Assembly (NCBI GenBank): GCA_002104905.1
Contig: MCFE01000689.1
Span: 1-44,778, forward strand
DNA: 44,778 nt
Source: Basidiobolus meristosporus CBS 931.73
Taxonomy: Eukaryota > Fungi > Basidiobolomycota
Direction: 5' to 3'
A program made the translations under genes and the position numbers. Under the pieces are notes generated by a model, which saw only the letters and a program-made list of their open reading frames with translations, did not search any database and was not told the origin of the DNA. Of this stretch, positions 11,950 through 22,125 are shown piece after piece; the first letter of the stretch is position 1; each line of letters begins with the position of its first letter.

Positions 11950-13005
11950 ACTGCTGCTACTTCAAGGCTATCTCCCCTAGGTCTTTAGGAGGGTATCCTT
12001 TGCCCATGACAACATCCCAAAGGCCTCTTTTCTGTAGCAGCACCTATATCCTCACCTTCCACATATGATGGATGAATCCATCCAACTTTTCAGCAAAGGG
12101 AAATTTTCCAGTAATAGTGGTGGTAGACATTGCTGAAAGTAACAGCTTGGGCTCATTGACTGTTGTAATTGTCTTGGTGATATTAGACTTGCTCTGTTGG
12201 ATTGTGCCACATTGAGCCATGAGTGCCAAATAGTGCCATAGTGTGCCTGAGAGTCATAGCAGACCTAAACTTGGCCACAGAGTGTGGCATAGAGTTCTTC
12301 ATATTCATGCAAAGTAGCCCCTATGTTTCACCTACAGTGCAGGAGAAAATCATTTTTTTAACCTTTTTTTTGGGATCAAAATTGTGCATGATGTAAAAGA
12401 GCACAGACAGCCTGAAGATATGCATCTGGTACACAATACCCATGGCACTCTAAATTTAGCCCCACAGGCTTGTAGCATGTCACAAAAATGCATGGCACTA
12501 TCTGGGTCCATTGGTACTATCTGGCACTATATTTAAATATTAGCCCTGAAGTAGAACCTATACAAAGCACTTATAGTGCCAGAGAGTACCAGTGGACCAA
12601 GATAGTGCCATGCATTTTTGTGACATGCTACAAGCCTGTGGGGCTAGCTTTAGAGTGCCATGGGTATTATGTACCAGATGCATATCTTCAGTGTGTCTGT
12701 GCTCTTTTATGTCATGCACAATTTTGATCCCAAAATAAAGGTTAAAAAATTGATTTTCTCCCGCACAGTAGGTGAAACACAGGGGCTGCTTTCCATGAAT
12801 ATGCAGAACTATATGTCACACTCTGTGGCCAAGTTTAGGTCTGCTATGACTCTCAGGCACACTATGGCACTATTTGGCACTCATGGCTCAATGTGGCACT
12901 ATCCAACAGAACAAGTCTATTGGAAGTGGTTGGGAGAACTAGTTTATAATATGGTTCTCATTCAATGTTTTATTGAATGTAAAAGTAGATTTATACTTTT
13001 ACATG
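11950..13005 (-). mobile_element. Copia family B 5' fragment: truncated LTR split by the MITE, PBS remnant, gag start
   Basis: LTR sequence at 12161-12184 resumes at 12919 to about 13005. PBS remnant at 12146-12160. The gag start FPFAEKLDG is homologous to 37710-37860. Confidence 0.8.
12185..12918. mobile_element. 734-bp foldback MITE: 347-bp inverted arms, 40-bp spacer, ATT target duplication
   Basis: Arms 12185-12531 and 12572-12918 are reverse complements with about 22 mismatches (about 94%). ATT lies at 12182-12184 and 12919-12921. Removing the element and one ATT restores the LTR-B sequence GATATTGGAAG. Confidence 0.9.
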
Positions 13006-13369
13006 ATTGTTACATAACAAACCCTATGAAGAATGATATTATCCTGTAGGTGGATCCATTCTGGATCATCCTTCAAGAGCATGTCTGGAGACGGTTAATA
13101 TACCAGCAGCTTGGAATCAATATTCATCTACACAATTCTATGATGGGATTGCAATGTCACTTGGCTAATTTAGTCACCAAAAAAGTTGAAAAGCATAATA
13201 GTGTTTGGGCAGTGATCCACCAAGGGTAGCACTGCATGGTTGCAGTCTTGGTGTGCTCTTCAACTATTCAAGGGGATCCAACTGGCAGTACATCCAATTA
13301 CTTTTTATGGCAAAGTATTTGACGGTGTTTTGATGGCCTTGTTGCAAGCCTGTGATGGCATTATCACAG

Positions 13370-15512
13370 CAGTATGGCAGCCTACTGCTAGTTCTGTTTA
13401 ATTCTACAATACCAATCTACCAAATGCTATTTTCTTTTTCTAACTCCCCTTGAGCAAGTCATTTCTTCCACTGTTTAATCACCCCTGTTTATTTGCTTAC
13501 CCACTATTATCTTGGGTATTCAAGATATAGTTTGAATCAAAAAAACTATGGCCTCCTGCTTACTAGCCATTACAAACATGTTCACCTGCCACAATTGACA
13601 TACTTGTACCACCTCACTTTACAGCTTTTTAGTGCAATACTTGCAAAGTTGCCATATACATTTTATTACTGGCAACACATATCATGCAAAAATATGCTTG
13701 GTTGCCACCACTGCTGCCATGAATACCTCCAGAATATCCCAGAAAACATTTTGGTATTAGGCCAATATATTTCTTCTCTCTGTTGGATTCTAGTCCCCTT
13801 TATAAGTATGCTCTGGCTCTTGTTTGTGTGAATTTAGTATTGAATGGTGAAGAAATTGGCTTGTGACCAAGAGAAATCTGGCCCACCTTGGTGAAGCTTT
13901 CCTAATCAAATCAGTGCTTGCTTCACACAACCTAACTTTGCATTACTCAACTCATTACCCATGTATTGGGGCAGCTTAGCTTCTTAATGCCATATGTATA
14001 GGTGTCTCCATGTACACATCTGTCCTCAGTATTTTCCAACTCTTCCTGGCTGTCCTCCATGTGCCAACTCACCATATCCATGACAGACTTGAAGGTAATA
14101 TTCTTGATGAGATTGGATATGATAGTACCAGCAACTTGACTCATCTTCCTATCTCCCCACACATCTGCTCCATAGGAAACTCCTAAAAGGTGAAACAAGC
14201 TCACATTTTCTCAGCACTCTGAGCAAGATGGAGTAGCAAGTGGATATAGTAGCAGCAAAGATCTACATGCTCAGCTTTATGTTTGTAGTATAGCTGCTAA
14301 AATGCTGATGAAAACTCTTTGCACAAAAGCTGTAGATGCATCAAGTTGGCATTAGTGATCCGCTTCAGGCTAAATAATCCTACAAAGTCCACATACAAAT
14401 TCTAATGCTTTCAACTTACACTTGGTCAAAATGGCTTCCAAAGACTACTTGAATAAGAACATATCCAGCTCATGCAGTCCTTGCACTTGCATTGTTGCAT
14501 ATGCATATGAATGTCAATTGGAGCCCATGAGAAGTACATAGGGTAGCAGATATTCTGTAATATCTGGCCAAATCTTTGAAACTTCTCCATTATCTCAAAG
14601 GGCTCTTTAGCTTCCCTAAGAAAAAAAACCAAGAAAAGATCAGGTAAATACCACCATAATATCAGCTGAATTCCAAGTTCCTGAAAATTGACAATTGTCA
14701 AAATCTCAGTGGTTAGCTGATAAGCAGGCAAGCAATCAACCCTGTGGGGACAAGACTAGGCCAACTGGTGTCTATACTAAATTTGGCAATTAGCCAGTCT
14801 TTCTTTCATTGCAAGCAACATTTGAGATATTGAACTAAAAAACCAGCTGAATACCAGCAAGATACAATTAAACTACCAGCAGAATAACAGCTGGAAATCA
14901 GATGAACTCCTAATCTGAGATTTTCTATAGGGCTTGAAATGCCATATATATATCTGGGCCATTGGTGAAGGGATAATGCTGCAAAGCAAATGAATTGCTC
15001 CAAGTAGAAAGCATTTGCTCTAGCAGCTACCCTCTATCTTAATTATCTCAGGTTTCCAATTAATTCCATCTTCAGGCCAATGGCTTTTAGCTTGCCAACT
15101 TTGCTGCAATTACATGCTGAATTCAGTATGTTCTCTCCGCAGAAAGTTGATGCTCTGAGTGTTGGTATTTGAGTAATAACAATGTGTGTGAGTTAACAAA
15201 GTAAGTCCCTTGGATCTCACACTTTCAGAGCAGTACTGTCCATTGTGCCCAGAAAAGCCAGCTCTCTTGCTCATGGCTAGGGTGTCTCCATTGCAGATAT
15301 CAATATGTGCTTTTACATGATAGCCATTTACTGTTATCCTGCTGGGAAGCATATAAGATTCATCCAGCAATGGATACAGGTAGCTATCCATGTTGGACAG
15401 TAATCAAGGCCCAGATACCAGTGAGACTACCATCAGAATTTGCTCTGATACCATAAGATAGGTGGGAGATTCAGGTTGACAAGAATCAGTGTCCAGCAGA
15501 ATTTGCTAGTGG
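13370..15512 (-). pseudogene. Tnp2/CACTA-type transposase remnant
   Basis: DSYLYPLLDE...VKAHIDICNGDTLAMSKRAGFSGHNGQY (15110-15391) and the downstream CKDCMSWICSYS motif. Multiple stops. Confidence 0.85.
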
Positions 15513-15880
15513 TGTTATGATCTGCTGCTTGAATGTTTAAGTTAGATCAGTTTTTAGTCAAATCAATTAGTATATGTTTAGGTTATCAGTATATCAGTAT
15601 TATCTATGAAATCAGTAGCATTAGTCAGCAAATGAATCAGCAGATCCTTATCAGACAGAAATAGATATATTACATAGGATCTTATTGGGTGATGATGATG
15701 CAATCAAATGAGTCATCAGCCACAACCTACATTAGGAAATACAACTAGTCAGCAATTGATCTGGCAAAATGTATATAAGGAGCTGCTGGAACCTCAATAA
15801 AAATCAGTTCAAGTGTTAGTGAATACAATACTAGCTAAACTCCCTATTCCTCTACAACTCTTATACCAAGACTTGTAACA
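15513..15880 (+). repeat. Gypsy 5' LTR
   Basis: TGTTATGA...TGTAACA; contains TATATAA and AATAAA. Confidence 0.95.
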
Positions 15881-15881
15881 T

Positions 15882-15891
15882 TGGTAGCAGC
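15882..15891 (+). other. Gypsy primer-binding site TGGTAGCAGC (probable tRNA-iMet 3' end)
   Basis: Starts 1 bp after the LTR. It is complementary to ...GCUGCUACCA, which fits an initiator tRNA acceptor end (A1:U72, A73). The tRNA identity is inferred. Confidence 0.7.
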
Positions 15892-15938
15892 AATAACCAG
15901 AAACCTCCCTCCTGAAGAAAGAAGAAACCACCCTCAAG

Positions 15939-16997
15939 ATGTCGGACAATCAAGAATGGAAGAATGCCATGCAGCAAATCCTGGCCCAACAGCAACAGCT
16001 ACTCCAGATCCTCAGCCAACAGCAACAAGGAATGACTACCATGGCTCAGAGCCAGCAGAGCCCTGTCAAGAGCAACTTTAGTGTTAAGGTCAACCGGTAC
16101 CATGGCAGAGTCAATGAAAACCTGGGAACTTGGCTCTTTCAGATTGAAGAAGCTTTTAAAGCTAAAGGAATTGCTCCAGAGAGCAAGTTGCATTATGCAG
16201 CTTCTTACCTGGCAGATGCAGCTTTACAGTGGTACCACAACAAGATCAGGTCAGCTACTATGATGGGATGCTCTACAATCTCTACCTGGGATGAGTTTGT
16301 GTCGGAAATTCAGGATGCTTTTGAACCTCCACACCAGTAGACACTACTAAAAAGGAAGCTAAAGACACTCAGACAGAAAGGAATGATGCAAGAATACATC
16401 TATGAGTACAGATGTCTACTTGGACAAATTGAAAGAATGGACCCCTTGGATCAAGTTGAATACTTTATTGATGGGTTGAAAGAAAGAACTCGCAAGGAAG
16501 TCAATTACCAAAGACCTCAGACTATTGAAGAAGCCATCAAGATTGCCATTGACTATGACTCAGCTATGTTTGGAGTTGGGAAGCCTACATTGACTAATCA
16601 GAAAGGCTATAATCATTATGAAAGAAGACAATCAGAAGTATTACCAATGGAAATAGATGCTATGCAGAAGAATCCCTCCTCAGAAGAATGCAAGAAGAGA
16701 GGACTTTGCTTCAATTGCCACCAGCAGGGACATATTGCAAAGTACTGCCCTCAGAGAAGAAATGGACACAAGCCAACAAGAACCTTCAACCATATTGAGT
16801 CCCATGAACACAGTAATGTGGAAGATGAGCTTGAAGAAGACTTGGAACTCACCTTCCATATGACAGAAGAGTACTTGTCCCAAATGACCTCAAACTCAGG
16901 GAAGTTATTGTACTTAAATGGAGTAATCAATGGAGTACCTGCCAAGATTGTGATTGACTCAGGAACCTACCAAATCAACTTCAGCTTCCACAGCTGA
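15939..16997 (+). pseudogene. gag: Gypsy gag and protease start, with a premature TAG at 16338-16340
   Basis: Retrotransposon gag (YHGRVNENLGTWLFQIEE...YLADAALQW), PMEIDA, CCHC knuckle CFNCHQQGHIAKYC and protease VIDSG. 15939-16340 and 16383-16997 share one frame. Confidence 0.9.
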
Positions 16998-19900
16998 TGG
17001 GAACTCCCACATAATCAACCGTATTACCCAGCCAGTAAGAATGAAGATCAATGACTATGAAGAAGACCTACAGGCTTATATATTTGGGAACTGCAAGTTT
17101 GACCTTGTACTTGGAAAAACCTGGCTATTTTGTTGTAATCCATCAATTAACTGGAGAACCCATGCTACTCAGATCCAAAAAGACAACAAGACCTATGAGC
17201 TATTACCTGCCATGCTGGATTTCAACTTGATCAATTCCAGTGTGTGTGAGACAAGTGAACTTAGCAAGACCCAGTTCTGTAGAGCACTTAGAAAAGGTAC
17301 CAAGATGTTCCTCATGGCGGTATTACAGGGGGATTCCTCTACCCCAGCACCCCAGCAGGTCCAGACTCTCTTGCAGAAATATTCAGACGTGTTTCCAGAT
17401 GAGCTTGTAAGCCTACCACTAGTCAGAGACGTGGATCATGCCATTGACACAGGAGATAGCCCTCCAGTGAGCAAGACACCTTACAGAATGAGTCCATTGG
17501 AATTGGAGGAAATGAAGAGACAAATCGATCAGCTGTTGGAGCAAGGATACATCAGGCCCAGCAAGTCACCTTGGGGAGCACCAGTGCTTTTTGTGAAAAA
17601 GAAGGATGGAACACTTAGGATGTGCATTGACTACAGAGCCCTGAACTCAGTTACCGTCAGGAATAAGTACCCTATACCTTGGATTGATGAGCTTTTGGAC
17701 CAACTTCATGGAGCCACTATTTTCAGCAAGATTGACCTCATGTCAGGATACAACCAGATTAGGGTGAAACCAGAAGATATCCCTAAGTCAGCATTCAGGA
17801 CCAGATATGGACATTACAAGTACTTAGTCATGAGTTTTGGCCTCATCAATGCCCCTGCAACATTCATGACCCTGATGCAGACTGTTTTTCAGGAGTACTT
17901 AGACAAGTTTGTGATAATCTACCTGGATGACATATTGATATACAGCAAGACAGAAAAGGATCACATGGTGCACATTGAAAAGGTCTTGAAGAAACTAAGA
18001 GAGAACAAGCTATATGGCAAGCTAGCCAAGTGTGAATTCTTCAAGGAACACGTAGAATATCTGGGACACATAATGACTAGCACAGGAGTAACCTTAGACC
18101 CCAAGAAGGTGGAAGTAATCAAGAATTTGAAGCAGCCCCATACCATATCAGAACTCAGATCCTTCCTTGGAATGGTTTCCTATTATTGGAGATTTGTCAA
18201 GTCATTTGCAAGTATTGCAGCCCCTTTAACTGATATCCTCAAGAAAGACAATAACTACAAGTGGGACATAGCTAGTGAGACTGCCTTCCAGACGCTAAAG
18301 AACGAACTTGCTAAGTGGCCAAGCTTAAGAATACCAGACTTCAGAAAAGAGTTCACTCTATGCACAGATGCTTCAGATTATGCAATTGGTGGAGTGCTGA
18401 GCCAAGAACACGAGGGAAAGGACTACCCTGTTGCCTTTGAATCCAAGAAACTGAACTCAGCAGAACAAAACTATCCAGTCCACAAGAAGGAGATGCTTGC
18501 TATAATACACTGTTTGAAGACATGGAGATTCTATATTGAAGGAGTCAAATGCACTGTTAAGACTGATCATGCCTCCCTCAAGTATATATTTACTCAGAAG
18601 GTACTCTCTAGAAGAATGACAAGATGGAGTGAATACATTCAGCAATTTGACCTGGAGATTGTCTACTGTCCTGGAAAAAACAACACAGTTGCTGATGCCT
18701 TATCAAGATTAGATCAAGTTGCACAACTCAACTTGGTGCATGAATCAGATTGGCCTAGCCTATTACCAAAGTACTTGGAGGACCAAGCCATTCCTAATGA
18801 GGTGGATGAAGATGTCAAGAAGATAATCCGTGATGAAGCCAGCAAATTTGTTGTACAGAATGAAACACTCTACCAAATTGTTGATGGAAGCCCTATTGCC
18901 TATTGTCCTTATGTTGCTCACCTGGATTTAATACATAAGCTACACAATGGATATGGACATCTTGGGATTGAAGGAACCTATAGCCTTGTAAAAGCCAGAG
19001 CATGGTGGCCCAGAATGAAACAGGACATTGAGAAGCTAGTAAAAACATGCCCAAACTGCCAAATCAATCAAGGCCAGCCACAAAGAATTGCCAAACTCTT
19101 CCCTTTGGAGCCTGTAAGACCATTTGAGAGATGGGGAATTGACTTTATTGGACGACTGCCAACTACCAGGAAATGCAACCGTTGGATCCTAGTAGCAATT
19201 GACCATGCCACTAAATGGTCAGTTGCTAAAGCGGTACCAATAGCCAGTGAACCAGAAGTTGCAAGTTTCATTTACCATGAGATCCTGATGAAGTTTGGAT
19301 GCCCTGTGGAGATCTTATCTGATAGAGGTGCAAACTTTATGGCAAAGACATTAGAGGCTTACCTGGAAATGCTGCAGATCAGACACTTGAAAACCTCAAC
19401 ATATCACCCCAGAACTAATGGAGTCACTGAGCGGTTTAATGGATTATTTGGAAAAATGCTGACCAAGTATGCAAATGGAGTTGTCAGTAGATGGGATGAG
19501 TATATAGACCAAGCACTCTTTGCATGCAGAGTCAGAGTACACAACACCACCCAGCAATCACCATTTTACTTAGTTTATGGATGTGAACCAAGAATTCCAG
19601 GAGATCTCACACAACTAAAGCTTACAGACACCTTAGAAGATGAACTCAGTCAGCCAAGTAGACACCAGCAACTGGAACAAAGACGTCAAGAGGCACAGAC
19701 CAAAGTATCTCAAAGTGCAGAAAAGATAAAGCAGAGATTTGATAAGACTATAGCACCAGAAGCATTGACAGTTGGGAACTTTGTATTGCTAAGAAACAAC
19801 ACTTGGAAGAAGTTTGAGCCACAATGGACAGGACCATTCAAGATCATCAGAGAATGTCCATATGCAACTTACCAACTGGTGGACAAACAAGGTAATATCC

Positions 19901-20016
19901 GGGAAGACTTAGTGCATAGGGACAGACTCAAGCATGCAAGACTTGCTGATAATACTGAACCATCAAGATATTGGTATCACAAGAAAAGAGACTCAGGAGA
20001 ACCCTCTCAACTTTAG
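16954..20016 (+). CDS. pol: Gypsy pol (protease C-terminus, RT, RNase H, integrase), 1020-aa open frame
   Basis: RT LRMCIDYRALN and YLDDILIYS; RNase H TDASDYAIG; integrase HHCC, WGIDFIG, SDRG, TERFN and WTGPF. No chromodomain is apparent. Confidence 0.95.
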   Translation: MTQEPTKSTSASTADGNSHIINRITQPVRMKINDYEEDLQAYIFGNCKFDLVLGKTWLFCCNPSINWRTHATQIQKDNKTYELLPAMLDFNLINSSVCETSELSKTQFCRALRKGTKMFLMAVLQGDSSTPAPQQVQTLLQKYSDVFPDELVSLPLVRDVDHAIDTGDSPPVSKTPYRMSPLELEEMKRQIDQLLEQGYIRPSKSPWGAPVLFVKKKDGTLRMCIDYRALNSVTVRNKYPIPWIDELLDQLHGATIFSKIDLMSGYNQIRVKPEDIPKSAFRTRYGHYKYLVMSFGLINAPATFMTLMQTVFQEYLDKFVIIYLDDILIYSKTEKDHMVHIEKVLKKLRENKLYGKLAKCEFFKEHVEYLGHIMTSTGVTLDPKKVEVIKNLKQPHTISELRSFLGMVSYYWRFVKSFASIAAPLTDILKKDNNYKWDIASETAFQTLKNELAKWPSLRIPDFRKEFTLCTDASDYAIGGVLSQEHEGKDYPVAFESKKLNSAEQNYPVHKKEMLAIIHCLKTWRFYIEGVKCTVKTDHASLKYIFTQKVLSRRMTRWSEYIQQFDLEIVYCPGKNNTVADALSRLDQVAQLNLVHESDWPSLLPKYLEDQAIPNEVDEDVKKIIRDEASKFVVQNETLYQIVDGSPIAYCPYVAHLDLIHKLHNGYGHLGIEGTYSLVKARAWWPRMKQDIEKLVKTCPNCQINQGQPQRIAKLFPLEPVRPFERWGIDFIGRLPTTRKCNRWILVAIDHATKWSVAKAVPIASEPEVASFIYHEILMKFGCPVEILSDRGANFMAKTLEAYLEMLQIRHLKTSTYHPRTNGVTERFNGLFGKMLTKYANGVVSRWDEYIDQALFACRVRVHNTTQQSPFYLVYGCEPRIPGDLTQLKLTDTLEDELSQPSRHQQLEQRRQEAQTKVSQSAEKIKQRFDKTIAPEALTVGNFVLLRNNTWKKFEPQWTGPFKIIRECPYATYQLVDKQGNIREDLVHRDRLKHARLADNTEPSRYWYHKKRDSGEPSQL

Positions 20017-20017
20017 T

Positions 20018-20026
20018 AGGGGAGAA
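20018..20026 (+). other. Gypsy polypurine tract
   Basis: AGGGGAGAA immediately before the 3' LTR. Confidence 0.85.
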
Positions 20027-20394
20027 TGTTATGATCTGCTGCTTGAATGTTTAAGTTAGATCAGTTTTTAGTCAAATCAATTAGTATATGTTTAGGTTAT
20101 CAGTATATCAGTATTATCTATGAAATCAGTAGCATTAGTCAGCAAATGAATCAGCAGATCCTTATCAGACAGAAATAGATATATTACATAGGATCTTATT
20201 GGGTGATGATGATGCAATCAAATAAGTCATCAGCCACAACCTACATTAGGAAATACAATTAGTCAGCAATTGATCTGGCAAAATGTATATAAGGAGCTGC
20301 TGGAACCTCAATAAAAATCAGTTCAAGTTTTAGTGAATACAATACTAGCTAAACTCCCTATTCCTCTACAACTCTTATACCAAGACTTGTAACA
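20027..20394 (+). repeat. Gypsy 3' LTR
   Basis: 365 of 368 positions identical to the 5' LTR by manual comparison. Confidence 0.95.
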
Positions 20395-20664
20395 GTGGTG
20401 TACTTGCTTAATCAGAATCTATTAAGTGCCAAGGCCAAGACATGGTCATATGTACCTTCAAAGTAGCCCTTGCTTCCTAGCTGTTTCTAATGTTTGCTAT
20501 CAAGTATATTAGATATGTTTGTGCTTAACTGAGGCTGAGTGTGGTATTTTGTAGCTTCACACTATATGGTGGACTTCATGTGCTTTTTTAGACAATGTAT
20601 TACTGGAATATATCTGCAGTGTGAGCATTGTTTTCCCCAATTGGTAGTGAATTCTTAACTAGTT

Positions 20665-20775
20665 CCCAAGAAAAAACAGTTGGCCTCACAGGTGGATCAA
20701 ATCCTGAACTGCCGGGAAGATCCTGTTTAGAGACCATCATCATACCAGAAGCTTGGGATTATTGACCCTCTGAAC
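20665..20775 (-). mobile_element. Terminal fragment of a diverged CACTA-like copy (X4)
   Basis: Starts CCCAAGAAAAAAC. The following CAGGTGGATC...GAGACC...ATACCAG...GACCCTCT matches the subterminal sequence at 3483-3600 and 13022-13130. Confidence 0.55.
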
Positions 20776-22125
20776 TGTCAAAATATTGGACCATTTGGTA
20801 TCATTCATCAGCTAAGAACTTACTTAACAATTCTAGACTACTCTGGGTCAATGTATGACCATCTTACAGTCCCAACTTTGCCAGTTTCTTCAGATCTGTG
20901 ATTCTATGATTATTCTCCTATTGTCAAGATCAAAATAAAACTTCTTACCAAGCATTATGTTATAGCCCTGAAACTGTCACATAATGCTCTGGAATTTTAA
21001 GAAGCCCTTCTTACTTAGTGTTATAGCTGTATTACTTCCACAAAGGTATAAATACGGATCTTCTTCATGAATAAACAACAGTTCAACTATTATCACTCTT
21101 TCTTGATAAGTTCCTCATATCCAAATCACTTCTTAAATTGCAACAGGTTATGAGCCCCAATTGCCTTGACCTATTCAAACAATATCTTCTACCAGTAAAC
21201 AGAACAATACAAACATCTTCCCTTTAAAGGAGAGGTTTGATTGGAAGAACAACAGACTACAGAAAATCAAGATGCAAATCCACCTTGAGGAAAGAAAGCT
21301 TTGAAATATAGTAGCAGCAAAAGAAGTTGAGCCCAAAGGGACAGCAGAAGAAGTGGAAAAGCTTCAAGAGAAGGAGAGAAAGGCCTTTAATGCTATATGT
21401 TTCAATGTGCAAGATTCCTTCATTGGGTAAGTCCATGCTTCAAATACTGCCAAAGCAGCATGAGAATCCTTAGAGAAGTTATTTAGAGCTATTTCAGTAT
21501 CAAGCAAGCTTTATTCAAAATTTAAGATCCCCATAGTGAGCAAGAAGTCAGATGATGACACACTACAACTTATTACTACAATGGAGACACTTCCAGAAGA
21601 ACTTTACAGTATTAATGCTGGTGCACATGATGAAGAAAAGATACTCTGTCTGCTTTGTAGCCTACCAGACAAGTATGAGCAACTAATACTTTCTTTTGAA
21701 AGCAGAGAAGACAACTTGACTTTAGACTATGTCAAAGGAAGACTTCTTCATGAAGAACTCAGTCGTAATGATCAAGCAGAGAAAATTGAAGGCAATACTT
21801 TATTCAGCTCAGAAAGGCAAACAGAAAAGAAGGGAAAGTAGCAAAACTAAAGAAAACCTGGTTGCTGTAACTACTGTAAGAAGCCAGAACACTGGGCAAG
21901 AGAATGCATGAAGAAACAAGCAGATGAAAAATAGAAACTGAAGCAGGCAAATCATATTACTACTGATGAACAGTTGTTTGTAACTGTACAACAGAGTGCA
22001 AATAACTAAAGTAATGAATAGTTTATTGACTCTGGAGTATCACAGTGTATTTGTGGTATAATGGAGTGGTTCAGCAACCTAAAGACTATTCCTGTAACAA
22101 AGGTTTATCTGGGAGACAACTCTGC
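20776..22125 (+). mobile_element. Copia family A copy A1: 5' LTR 20776-21145, PBS, degenerate gag to protease start
   Basis: LTR homologous to 23003-23370; PBS GGTTATGAGCCC at 21146; gag remnant homologous to 23400-24355. It stops abruptly at 22125. Confidence 0.9.

Larger units (their letters stand above)
15513..20394 (+). mobile_element. Full-length Ty3/Gypsy LTR retrotransposon
   Basis: 368-bp TG...CA LTRs with 3 differences, TSD GTGG (15509-15512 and 20395-20398), PBS, PPT, and domain order gag-PR-RT-RH-IN. Confidence 0.97.
13022..20664 (-). mobile_element. CACTA/CMC-like transposon copy X2, interrupted by the Gypsy element
   Basis: Terminus CCCTATGAAGAAT at 13022. Transposase remnants at about 13370-15512 continue seamlessly at 20395-20664 after removing the Gypsy. 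Confidence 0.85.

Noticed and set aside
12185-12918. GGCACT repeats as a CRISPR-like or regular array; TA-flanked Tc1/mariner MITE
   Set aside because: The repeats are 5-7 bp and irregularly spaced. A TA duplication would leave three extra bases relative to the LTR-B empty site, whereas an ATT duplication restores it exactly.
12488-13049. ORFs 12488-12727 and 12660-13049 as genes
   Set aside because: They run through the MITE arms and LTR sequence and show no recognisable protein features.
19850-20016. Chromodomain at the Gypsy integrase C-terminus
   Set aside because: Only about 60 aa follow the GPF motif, and no chromodomain pattern is recognisable.
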